In this document: piece by piece, positions 34,038-42,864 of the stretch
Layout: each line of letters begins with the position of its first letter
How positions within the stretch are numbered: position 1 is the first letter of the stretch
Source: Methanobacteriota archaeon
GTDB lineage: Archaea > Halobacteriota > Syntropharchaeia > JAUWIL01
NCBI GenBank assembly: GCA_030605385.1
Contig: JAUWIL010000001.1
Coordinates: 1 to 52,575 of the forward strand
Direction of reading: 5' to 3'
DNA length: 52,575 bases
Position numbers and translations under genes: made by a program
The notes under the pieces: model-generated
What the model saw: the letters and a program-made list of their open reading frames with translations, nothing else
What the model was told of the DNA's origin: nothing
Database searches by the model: none

Positions 34038-35704
34038 GCGGAGAGTACGGTATCATGATCAAAGACTGGAAGGTAATCCTGTTGGTAGCGCTGGTGCTCC
34101 TCAGTCTTATCGCCATACATCCTCATTATTCGCCATCTGATGGTTTTAGCTCCAACCTGCATTACGGTCTTGACCTCGAGGGAGGTTCGTGGTTCCAGCT
34201 TGGGCTTCAGGGCGCAATCGTTAACGTAACTCCGGATGCCGGAAGTATTGTCAAGCACTTTGTTGAGAGCGGAATTAATGACACTGTAACAATCACCGAA
34301 GTGAGTCCCGACACTGTGAAATTTACCACCAATACAATTGTCAGCGAGAAGATAATTAACGGTCTGGGGTTAGGCAATGCGCGTATAAGGCGCTATGACA
34401 ACTACAGTGTCGTTACACTAGATACAGATGAAAGTATTCTGATTCGTAAGTACATTTCCAATGCAACCGACTCTGAAGTAACACCTGTACTCTACAATAA
34501 CAGGCATATGTATGAAATACGCGGCAGTGTGAATAAAAGTAAGCTCGAGGAAATACTGGCCGCCGTCAACTCAAGCATATCCATTGATAATGGCGAGCCC
34601 CAGTTCTTCGATAGCGTATCCCCTGAAACATTTGAGCTCACCATGAAAATATTATCAGATAAAATTAATGTGCTCGGTCTGATGGATGCTCCTATCAGGT
34701 CTATAGGTGATAAGTTCCTGCTGATTGATCTGGCTGGCGTAGATATCTCCACCGCAAGGAATATTATCGGAAATCCTGGTAAGTTTGAGATACGCATACA
34801 GACTGTCGACAACGAGAGCGCGCATGTGCTATATGGCGATGATATCTCAAGAGTTGACATACCGCAGAAAGCTGATAGGAGCAAATATTCTCCATGGGGC
34901 ACGCCGTTCCAGCTCAGCGAGGTTGGGGCTGCCAAGTTCCGTGAGGCTGCAATCAATTATGGGGCTGTGGATGCACCCAAAGCGCACAACCTGATTATGC
35001 TCCTCGACGGTAAAACCATTTATGATGCGCCATTATCACTTGATCTGGCAAAATCCATCAAGAGCAGTTCCGTAAGCAGCCTGGTAGCATCCACGGGCGT
35101 TGGTGATGAGAGTTTAAAGGCAGCCAGAGAGCTGCAGGTGCACCTGAGTGCAGGTGCACTGCCTGTTAATGTCGATATTGTGGGCTCGGGTCAGGTACCG
35201 GCACCCCTGGGTGCCATGTTCAAACAGCAGGCAGGTATTGCCGGGCTGCTGGCATTAGTGGCTGTATCAGCAATGGTTTCCATGCGTTACAGGCGCAGGG
35301 AGATCATACTTCCTATGCTCGCCACATCTTTCAGTGAAGTTCTTATACTTCTTGGCTTTGCCGCAGCAGTCGGCTGGGAACTGGACCTGCCAAGTGTTGC
35401 AGGTATCATTACAGTAATTGGCACGGGCATAGATCAGCTTGTTATTATTACGGATGAAACCATGTGCATGGAGGTTGCACCGTCAACCAAGCTTTATTCC
35501 ATGCGCCTTGGCAACGCCTTCAGAATCATATTCGGTGCTGCCGCCACCACGATTGTCGCAATGTGCCCACTCATCTGGATGGGGCTTGGCGTACTGGGGG
35601 GTTTTGCCATCGTAACAGTGGTCGGCGTCCTTGTAGGTACTCTGTTCACCCGCCCTGCCTATGCAAGAATCCTAAGAGCGCTCCTCATAGAGCATGCACG
35701 ATAA
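34034..35704 (+). CDS. secD: Protein-export membrane protein SecD
   Basis: 4-nt overlap with secF. LGLDLEGGS motif, a large periplasmic-type loop, and a C-terminal TM bundle (GIDQLVIITDE). Confidence 0.85.
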   Translation: MSGEYGIMIKDWKVILLVALVLLSLIAIHPHYSPSDGFSSNLHYGLDLEGGSWFQLGLQGAIVNVTPDAGSIVKHFVESGINDTVTITEVSPDTVKFTTNTIVSEKIINGLGLGNARIRRYDNYSVVTLDTDESILIRKYISNATDSEVTPVLYNNRHMYEIRGSVNKSKLEEILAAVNSSISIDNGEPQFFDSVSPETFELTMKILSDKINVLGLMDAPIRSIGDKFLLIDLAGVDISTARNIIGNPGKFEIRIQTVDNESAHVLYGDDISRVDIPQKADRSKYSPWGTPFQLSEVGAAKFREAAINYGAVDAPKAHNLIMLLDGKTIYDAPLSLDLAKSIKSSSVSSLVASTGVGDESLKAARELQVHLSAGALPVNVDIVGSGQVPAPLGAMFKQQAGIAGLLALVAVSAMVSMRYRRREIILPMLATSFSEVLILLGFAAAVGWELDLPSVAGIITVIGTGIDQLVIITDETMCMEVAPSTKLYSMRLGNAFRIIFGAAATTIVAMCPLIWMGLGVLGGFAIVTVVGVLVGTLFTRPAYARILRALLIEHAR

Positions 35705-35739
35705 AATCCTGCACATTGCAATTCAAACCCGTCTTTGTG

Positions 35740-35775
35740 GGTGGTAGTTGACCCAGAGGTGGTAGTTGACCCAGA
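35740..35775. repeat. Perfect tandem duplication, 2 x 18 nt (GGTGGTAGTTGACCCAGA)
   Basis: Read directly, in the convergent secD/trkH spacer. Confidence 0.9.
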
Positions 35776-35826
35776 ACAAGACCGTGCAGCAACCTCATTC
35801 TGCCCAACCCTGCCCGGAACATCTGC

Positions 35827-37248
35827 TCAGAATGGCTCCATGCCCTTGAACAGGGATCTCACCAGCATCAGTACTGGTATAATCTCAAGTCTGCCTATCC
35901 ACATGTTGAATATGAGTACTGTCTTTGCGATGGGGGACATATCCGGGCCCGTTATGCCTGTAGAAATGCCGACGTTTCCCTGTGCCGATGCTACCTCAAA
36001 TATCACATCGCTTAGCTCATACCCAGCCGGGACCGTGTGCAGAAGCACTATAACTCCAAAGAACAAGAATATTATCCAGAGGACCGTTATAAGCGATGTC
36101 TCGGCTATCAGGCTGTTCGCCTCCTCCTCACTCAGAGATTTGTCACCCAGCTTCAAGGTTAAAACGGCGCTCCTTGGAAGAAATACTTTCTTGAACCACA
36201 ATCCTACTCCCTTGTATGCCAGTATCGTTCGTATAAGCTTGACACCTCCCGCAGTAGAGCCTGCTGCACCACCCACTACCATTGCCAGAGCTACTATGAG
36301 CTGTGCCGTGGACGACCACTGGTGCACATTGGCTGTCTGGAAACCTGTGCATGTGATTCCGGATATAAACTGGAATACTGAGTATCGTATTGAAGCCAGG
36401 AGGTTTGAGCCCGTGATATAATTCTCAAGTGCCAGCACGGTGCACCCGGTAAGCACAGCCAGGAATAGCGCTTTGCACTGCTGATCACGTATGAGGGCCT
36501 TAAAATCTCCCATGAGGAATCTGTAGTGTATGAGAAACGGTATTGCACCGAGTATCATTATCGGTATTATCGCAATTTCTATCAGGTAATTGTTGTAATC
36601 TGCTATACTCCCATCTTTTACCGAGAAACCTCCAGTCGCAATGCCCGTCATAGCATGGTTTATTGAATCCCATAAGGGCATCCCTGCAAATAAGAAAAGC
36701 AGTATCCCTATCAGGGTGAACAAGAGGTATATCCACCATATGGTGCGCACTGTCGAGATGATGCTTGGGTGTATTCTCTCCTCCCGCCCCTCGGACTTGT
36801 AGAGTGCATATGCACCGGTACCGGGACGTGTCAAAATCGATACCATGAGCACTATCACTCCAACACCTCCTACCCACTGCATGAGGCTTCGCCAGAACTG
36901 TAAGGTTTGCGGAATGGTGCTTGGTCGGGCTATCATTGTCAGTCCTGTACCTGTCCAGCCCGACATACCCTCAAAGACGGCGTCAAGCGGGGGCATACCC
37001 AATATCATAACAAATGGAATTGAACTCAATCCTGCTATTACTAGCCATGAAAGTGCCGCAACCACCATCGCATGCTTCATTTCTGGCGGTTTTGCATTCC
37101 TGCAAAGAAGTACAAGCATCATCCCTGCCCATATCGTAATGGAGGCAGGTACTATGATGCCCCTCGCAAGGTACTGCTCGCGGTATGCCCACGTAACTGC
37201 CAGCGGCAGGAGCATTACGATGCCTGCTATTACTAACAGACTTCCCAT
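35827..37248 (-). CDS. trkH: Trk-type potassium uptake protein TrkH
   Basis: Multi-TM protein with the repeated GTGL/TGGF selectivity-like motifs (GWTGTGLT, ATGGFS, TCTGFQ, GNVGIS). The start is uncertain: ATG at 37248, or TTG at 37278. The longer ORF overlaps trkA. Confidence 0.8.
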   Translation of the reverse strand: MGSLLVIAGIVMLLPLAVTWAYREQYLARGIIVPASITIWAGMMLVLLCRNAKPPEMKHAMVVAALSWLVIAGLSSIPFVMILGMPPLDAVFEGMSGWTGTGLTMIARPSTIPQTLQFWRSLMQWVGGVGVIVLMVSILTRPGTGAYALYKSEGREERIHPSIISTVRTIWWIYLLFTLIGILLFLFAGMPLWDSINHAMTGIATGGFSVKDGSIADYNNYLIEIAIIPIMILGAIPFLIHYRFLMGDFKALIRDQQCKALFLAVLTGCTVLALENYITGSNLLASIRYSVFQFISGITCTGFQTANVHQWSSTAQLIVALAMVVGGAAGSTAGGVKLIRTILAYKGVGLWFKKVFLPRSAVLTLKLGDKSLSEEEANSLIAETSLITVLWIIFLFFGVIVLLHTVPAGYELSDVIFEVASAQGNVGISTGITGPDMSPIAKTVLIFNMWIGRLEIIPVLMLVRSLFKGMEPF

Positions 37249-37354
37249 ATCCCTCAGTATCGTCTTTATGTTGGAGAGCAAGTCCTTGCACTTCCTGTTG
37301 CCATGACCCTTTAAGCTAAAATTGCCTTCCGATTGATTGCCTTCAGATTTGTGC

Positions 37355-38059
37355 TTATTTGTTGGCCTTGTTACCGTTGTTGGTATTATCAACGCCGTTA
37401 TCCTGATTTGAGAAGAATAGTTTAGCAGTCTTGTCCACCAACTTTGAGGCTGCAAAAATCGTGACGCGGTCGCCAACCTTGAGTTCAATATCGCCTTTAG
37501 GCACTACTATGTCGCCGTTTCGCTCTATCGCCACAATGAGTACATCGCTGCCGAGTGGGAGCTTTGCTATTTGTTTTCCCGCAGCCTTTGAATGCTCTGT
37601 TATGGTGGTCTCGAATATCTCTGCGCGTCCACTGGCAACACTGATATACTCTTTTATGCTTGGACGTATCATGACTCTCCTGAGACTCTCCGCCACAGCA
37701 AGATCCGGATTCTCCTGCACCCGCACACCTGCGCGTTTGAACATATCCACATGATCCTGCTGGTTGACGACCGATACAATGTTGGGTACGCCTACCTCCT
37801 TCCCGACCAGTGCAGTCATAAGATTCGTTGCATCGTCAGAGGTTGTGATAAGTATTGCATCGGCGCTTTTTACTCCTGCCTGCTCCAGTATGCTCCGGTC
37901 AGTGGAGTCTCCAACAATTGCCAGAAGGTCATATTTGGCAGCAATATCCTTACACCTCTCAGGATTCTTGTCTATTACTGCAATGTTGTCCTTCTTCTTT
38001 GATATCAGGTACACCAGATTCTGTCCGATTCCCCCGAGACCCACAATTATAATATACAT
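37355..38059 (-). CDS. trkA: Trk system NAD-binding protein TrkA (RCK-N plus RCK-C)
   Basis: MYIIIVGLGGIGQNL Rossmann motif and a C-terminal TrkA-C domain. Confidence 0.85.
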   Translation of the reverse strand: MYIIIVGLGGIGQNLVYLISKKKDNIAVIDKNPERCKDIAAKYDLLAIVGDSTDRSILEQAGVKSADAILITTSDDATNLMTALVGKEVGVPNIVSVVNQQDHVDMFKRAGVRVQENPDLAVAESLRRVMIRPSIKEYISVASGRAEIFETTITEHSKAAGKQIAKLPLGSDVLIVAIERNGDIVVPKGDIELKVGDRVTIFAASKLVDKTAKLFFSNQDNGVDNTNNGNKANK

Positions 38060-38414
38060 AATACTAAGTCACTTCAAGAGTCTGTTTTACTGTTGAGCTA
38101 TTCTTACCTCATTCGAGTATACTGAATATAAGGATTTCCCTACTAACTAAGAAAATATAATATGTTTTAACCTGTTTAAACCGTTATCAGGATTTTTAAT
38201 GCTGCCCTTTTTAATATTACTTGCTGAAAAATCGCTTTAATTTCATTATAGTCGATTAAATGCCCATTAATGGCGTTATATCCTGATTTGCCCTGTTTCA
38301 GCATGTATTTGGCCAATGCCTTTATAAAAAAGTTTGACTAAAGACTGAATTAGAATTATATGGTGCGCCCATATGGCTTTTAATTGGCTAATCCAGTCAT
38401 TAACACGAATCACA

Positions 38415-38450
38415 GGCACTTTTAGGAATATCGGCACTTTTAGGAATATC
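38415..38450. repeat. Perfect tandem duplication, 2 x 18 nt (GGCACTTTTAGGAATATC)
   Basis: Read directly, upstream of apgM. Confidence 0.9.
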
Positions 38451-38515
38451 TTTAATACTCCTCTGCTATCCCTATACTTGGGTACTTGGGAGGTACCTGG
38501 GAGGTTGCCCTAGGT

Positions 38516-39721
38516 TTGAAGTACGTTGTTCTTGTTGGAGATGGAATGGCAGACGAGCCAATAACAGAGTTGGGTAATAGAACGCCTCTTCAGGCTGCCG
38601 ACAAGCCAAATATGGACTATTGCGCCGAGAGAGGTGTCAACGGACTTGCACGCACGGTACCGCACGGCATGGGTGCCGGTAGTGATGTGGCGAATCTGTC
38701 CATCATGGGGTATGACCCTGCGGTCCGCTATACCGGCCGGGGGCCCCTTGAGGCTGCAAGCATGAACGTGCCGCTGGAGGATGATGACCTCGCATACAGG
38801 TGCAACCTGATAACCGAGGACGGCGGCATGATTGTGGATTACAGCGCAGACCACATAAGCAACGAGGAGGCTGCAGAGCTGATACGATTCGTTGACGAAC
38901 GGCTCGGCAGCGAGAATGTGAAGTTTCACCCTGGAATCAGCTACAGGCATCTGCTGGTTTTCAAACATACCTGTGAAGATCCGACTGATATAACCTGCAC
39001 CCCGCCGCATGACGTGCTCGGGAAGCGCATAAGTGAGTATATGCCCGGAAGTGCAGCCAATAGCAGAATAGCTGAAATTATGAGGAATATGATAAATGAC
39101 TCTAAGAAAATCCTCGAAACGCACAGAGTCAATGTCGATAGGGTGAACAGGGGGCTGCATCCCGGCAACATGATCTGGCCGTGGGGCGGGGGGCGGCGCC
39201 CGGAGATGTCCACTTTCAAAGAACTCTACAACGTAACTGGGGGTGTGATATCCGCAGTTGACCTGATCAAAGGCATTGGCATATGTGCCGGACTAAAGGT
39301 TGTGAACGTTTCTGGCGCAACAGGCTATCTTGATACCAACTACGCGGGCAAGGTGGATGCCGCACTAAACGTACTTGAAAAAGATGATTTTGTGTTCGTG
39401 CATATTGAGGCGCCGGATGAGGCGGGACACTCGGGAAAACTGGATTTGAAGATGCAGGCTATTGAGGATTTTGATCGCAACGTTGCGGCACCCATGCTCG
39501 GTGCATTGGAGGCAAAGTACAGCGAGTATGCCGTTCTGGTAATGCCTGACCACCCAACGCCTCTGAGAATCCGTACGCACTCCAGCGACCCTGTGCCGTT
39601 CACAATATTCCGCACCGACTGGAGGGCGGATGACGTTAAATTATTCGACGAAGTGTCGGCAAAATCTGGAAGCATGGGTGTCGTTGAAGCGCATAAGCTC
39701 ATGGGCATGCTTTTGGGATGA
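38516..39721 (+). CDS. apgM: 2,3-bisphosphoglycerate-independent phosphoglycerate mutase, archaeal ApgM type
   Basis: (M)KYVVLVGDGMADEP start (TTG at 38516), ...HIEAPDEAGH..., MPDHPTP. Confidence 0.85.
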   Translation: MKYVVLVGDGMADEPITELGNRTPLQAADKPNMDYCAERGVNGLARTVPHGMGAGSDVANLSIMGYDPAVRYTGRGPLEAASMNVPLEDDDLAYRCNLITEDGGMIVDYSADHISNEEAAELIRFVDERLGSENVKFHPGISYRHLLVFKHTCEDPTDITCTPPHDVLGKRISEYMPGSAANSRIAEIMRNMINDSKKILETHRVNVDRVNRGLHPGNMIWPWGGGRRPEMSTFKELYNVTGGVISAVDLIKGIGICAGLKVVNVSGATGYLDTNYAGKVDAALNVLEKDDFVFVHIEAPDEAGHSGKLDLKMQAIEDFDRNVAAPMLGALEAKYSEYAVLVMPDHPTPLRIRTHSSDPVPFTIFRTDWRADDVKLFDEVSAKSGSMGVVEAHKLMGMLLG

Positions 39722-39967
39722 TGCTGGCATCTTTAGGATAATGCTGGCACCCTTGGGAGACTACTGACACCCTTGGAAGACTACTGGTACCATCTCCTGG
39801 GTCAGTACTACTAGTACCATAGAGATTAAACAAAAGTCTAAACAAAAGTCAAATATGAGTATTGAAGGTGGTGCTTAATGCACTTTAACATACCCTCCAG
39901 CAATCGTATTCAGTCAGGAGTTTTTGGTGCAATATGAATGTGATATAGTGTAGTGTGGTGTAATTGT

Positions 39968-39995
39968 AATATGGGTGTAGCAATATGGGTGTAGC
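39968..39995. repeat. Perfect tandem duplication, 2 x 14 nt (AATATGGGTGTAGC) covering the cofE start codon
   Basis: Read directly. Confidence 0.9.
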
Positions 39996-40743
39996 CGAGA
40001 TTCGCTTATTTGCTCCTGAGGAAGTCCCTCTGATAAAAGAGGGGGACGACATAGTCGATATCATACTCGACGCAGTGGAACTCAAGAGTCATGATATAGT
40101 AGTAATTGCATCAACCATAATGTCCAAGTCTGAGGGTAGAGCTATTTCCCTCGATAGTATCAGACCGTGCGCCAGAGCGGTTGAGCTTGCATCGAACCTG
40201 AACGAAGACCCGAGATTCATGGAGCTTGTTCTGCAGAACAGCCGCAGAATAATAGTCGAGCGCCCCATACTTCTGACCGAAATGCCGAACGGGTACATAT
40301 GCATCAAGGCAGGTATAGACAGGTCCAACGTCAAGGATGGTAAGGCACTACTGCTCCCCGCTGACCCTGATAAGAGCGCGAAAGGTATACACGACCGGAT
40401 TCTCGAGCGCACCGGAAAGAGGGTGAGCATAATAATATCAGACACATCAGGCAGAGCCTTCCGCATGGGTCAGACCGCAGTAGCCGTAGGGTGTGCGGGC
40501 ATTGGTCCGCTGCTGAACTGGGTCGGAATGAAGGACCTTTACGGGCACGAGCTTGAAATAACAGAGGAAGCCGTGGCTGATGAACTTGCAGGCGCATCAA
40601 ACCTGCTCACAGGCGAGGGCAACGGCGGTAAACCCATAGTAGTGGTGCGCGGATTAGACCTGTACTCGGATTCACATGGTGTTGCGGCACTACACCGCAA
40701 AGACGAGGATGATGTAATAAAGAGGGCTTTGCTGCATGTTTAA
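39985..40743 (+). CDS. cofE: Coenzyme F420-0:L-glutamate ligase
   Basis: IKEGDDIVDII..., IKAGIDRSN, IISDTSGRAFRMGQTAVAVG. The stop codon lies inside the first family A repeat unit. Confidence 0.85.
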   Translation: MGVAEIRLFAPEEVPLIKEGDDIVDIILDAVELKSHDIVVIASTIMSKSEGRAISLDSIRPCARAVELASNLNEDPRFMELVLQNSRRIIVERPILLTEMPNGYICIKAGIDRSNVKDGKALLLPADPDKSAKGIHDRILERTGKRVSIIISDTSGRAFRMGQTAVAVGCAGIGPLLNWVGMKDLYGHELEITEEAVADELAGASNLLTGEGNGGKPIVVVRGLDLYSDSHGVAALHRKDEDDVIKRALLHV

Positions 40744-40966
40744 AACGCAAGGCATTTTAGACGGTTGTGAAATCTCTGATTTCACAAACATGTCTGAAAA
40801 AGCAACGCTTTTTCATACGGTTACAGAATCTTCGATTCTGCAAACATGTTTAAAATGCAAGGCATGTTCGAAAACCTTAGGTTTTCGTACTGTTGTAGAA
40901 CGTAGTTCTACAAACATGCCTAAAACACTACGTGTTTTATGCTGTTGCAAAACGTAGTTTTGCAAA
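40735..40966 (+). repeat. Family A double-hairpin array: four complete units and one truncated unit
   Basis: Units start at 40735, 40789, 40845 (18-nt stub), 40863 and 40915. Confidence 0.9.
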
Positions 40967-41007
40967 CAGGAGAAAAGATGAAGTAAAAAAAAGTGGTGAT
41001 AATATTC

Positions 41008-41541
41008 ATGAGCGGCGCCAGAGCCAGACGTCTTGAAAGCGACTATAAGCGCATGTGCGAACTCGATAAAAGCAGTAATTTCATCTCTTTTGCCTGCGAG
41101 GGGGACCCGCCAGAGAAATATGCAGTCACCTTCAGATGCAAGGGCATTATGAAGCGCGACGACGGCAGTCTAGCGAATTCCGTCCGCCATACTCTCGAGA
41201 TCTACCTGACGATGGATTATCCGATGCGCCAGCCCCAGTTGAAGTGGATGACTCCCGTATTTCACCCGAACATACTGGGCGCCACGCACCCATACAACCC
41301 GGGTACCGTGTGCCTCGGAAGCTGGGTGCCTTCCATGTTTCTCGACGACCTCTGCATAAAGCTGGGCGAGATGATTCAGTACAAAAATTTCAGCCTGAAC
41401 AGCCCACTGGATGCCGAGGCTGCGGTATGGGCAAACAAGTTCAAGCTTTCGATGCCAGTCGATGATCGACCTCTGCTGTTAGGCAGCGCCGAAAAATGCG
41501 ATGGTGAGGGCGATGATGAGTTTGACATAATAGTAGAGTAA
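41008..41541 (+). CDS. Ubiquitin-conjugating enzyme E2 (UBC fold)-like protein
   Basis: N-terminal ARRLESDYKRM helix, ...PEKYAVTF..., YPMRQPQLKWMTPVFHPNI......GTVCLGSWVPS: an HPN triad, a catalytic-position Cys and the following W.P, in the canonical E2 order. Confidence 0.7.
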   Translation: MSGARARRLESDYKRMCELDKSSNFISFACEGDPPEKYAVTFRCKGIMKRDDGSLANSVRHTLEIYLTMDYPMRQPQLKWMTPVFHPNILGATHPYNPGTVCLGSWVPSMFLDDLCIKLGEMIQYKNFSLNSPLDAEAAVWANKFKLSMPVDDRPLLLGSAEKCDGEGDDEFDIIVE

Positions 41542-41911
41542 CGGGTAATTATTTGATATGATGTTTGATATGGTAATGGAGTAACGAGTAATTAATAAAA
41601 TGATGAAGTGAGCCAATAGAGTAGGCTGTATGAGTGGAATGAGCGCCATAAGCAGAGTTCATGATGCCTTCCGTAATCTTTTTTAAATATTTATTGCAAA
41701 TGAGAACCAATATAAGTGAATAGTTTGGTAATTGATGGTCTGGATAGTATGGTAATGGTAATTGGTGGTTTGGTATTGTCTGGTATTATTTATGCTGTGG
41801 GGTATGCAGTTGATTAATCTGACCTGCAAGCGTATGCAATTGATTGACCTGACATGCAACTGATCGAGTGCTATGTGCTTGTAAGGGCAAAAATAAAGGT
41901 GAAACGCAACT

Positions 41912-42802
41912 ATGGCTAAAAATACAGGGGAGTTCAAGGGAACCGATAAATACTATCTTTCACCCGAGCTTGGCGACATAGTCAACATAGCGCTTGCAAT
42001 GGAGAAACCTCTGCTCCTGATGGGTGAGGCCGGAACGGGTAAGACGCAGCTGGCTTTCGAAGTGGCGAGAGCGCTTAACATGCCCATAGAGGTTGCCAGA
42101 TGCAAATCTACAATGAAAGGGGAGGAGCTGTGCTATACCCACGACTCTGTACTGCGCCTGTACGACTCGCGGTTTGGGTCAGGGGAGACGGGACGCGTGG
42201 TTGATAATTTTGATGATTACTCGATATACGGTCCCATAGGCAGGGCATTCATTTCAGAGGAGCGGTGCGTACTGCTGCTCGACGAGATTGATAAGACCGA
42301 GTCAGACGTGCAGGACAATCTCCTTGACGTGCTGGAAGAATGTGAGTTTACCATACGCGAGGTGAACCGCACCATCAGGGCAAAACACCGTCCATTCATA
42401 TGTATAACAAGCAACGCCAAACGCGAGCTCTCTGACCCGTTCCTGCGAAGGTGCTACTGCCATTACATCGACTTTCCCACGGTCGAGCAGATGAAAAAGA
42501 TTATCAGGCTTCACTACCCGGTGGTGAACGAGGGAGTTGTAAACACCGCCATAAGCCTGTTCTACGACCTTCGGGACCGCGGGTTCGAGAAGCCGCCAGC
42601 AAGCAGCGAGCTTCTGGATTGGATAGGTGCGCTCGATAGATCCGGAATTCGTGCAGATAAGCTTGCCTCTGCCAAGAATGACCCCAAAAAACTGCCGTTC
42701 TCTGGCGTACTGCTGAAGCGGGCTGGCGATATCAAGATGTTTCGCGAAGGGCGCTCTGGAAGTGCCTCTGATGGCTACCGCCGTATGCGATATAGATATT
42801 AA
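41912..42802 (+). CDS. MoxR/CoxD-like AAA+ ATPase
   Basis: Walker A GEAGTGKT, Walker B LLLDEIDK, sensor and arginine region SNA..ELSDPFLRRC. Confidence 0.8.
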   Translation: MAKNTGEFKGTDKYYLSPELGDIVNIALAMEKPLLLMGEAGTGKTQLAFEVARALNMPIEVARCKSTMKGEELCYTHDSVLRLYDSRFGSGETGRVVDNFDDYSIYGPIGRAFISEERCVLLLDEIDKTESDVQDNLLDVLEECEFTIREVNRTIRAKHRPFICITSNAKRELSDPFLRRCYCHYIDFPTVEQMKKIIRLHYPVVNEGVVNTAISLFYDLRDRGFEKPPASSELLDWIGALDRSGIRADKLASAKNDPKKLPFSGVLLKRAGDIKMFREGRSGSASDGYRRMRYRY

Positions 42803-42864
42803 TGGTATGGGCATTAAATATTGAATCAATTTTAATTTAGACCGGTTGCTGTTGAGGCGGTTCC

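Noticed and set aside
35735-36421. 228-aa plus-strand ORF
   Set aside because: It is antisense to trkH. No motif, and it begins in the tandem duplication.
41542-41911. Search for a Ub-like, E1 or JAB partner ORF next to the E2-like gene
   Set aside because: Only ORFs of 8-18 codons are present on either strand. The spacer consists of degenerate short repeats (GGTAAT-rich, and ATGCA(G/A)TTGATT..CTGAC x2).
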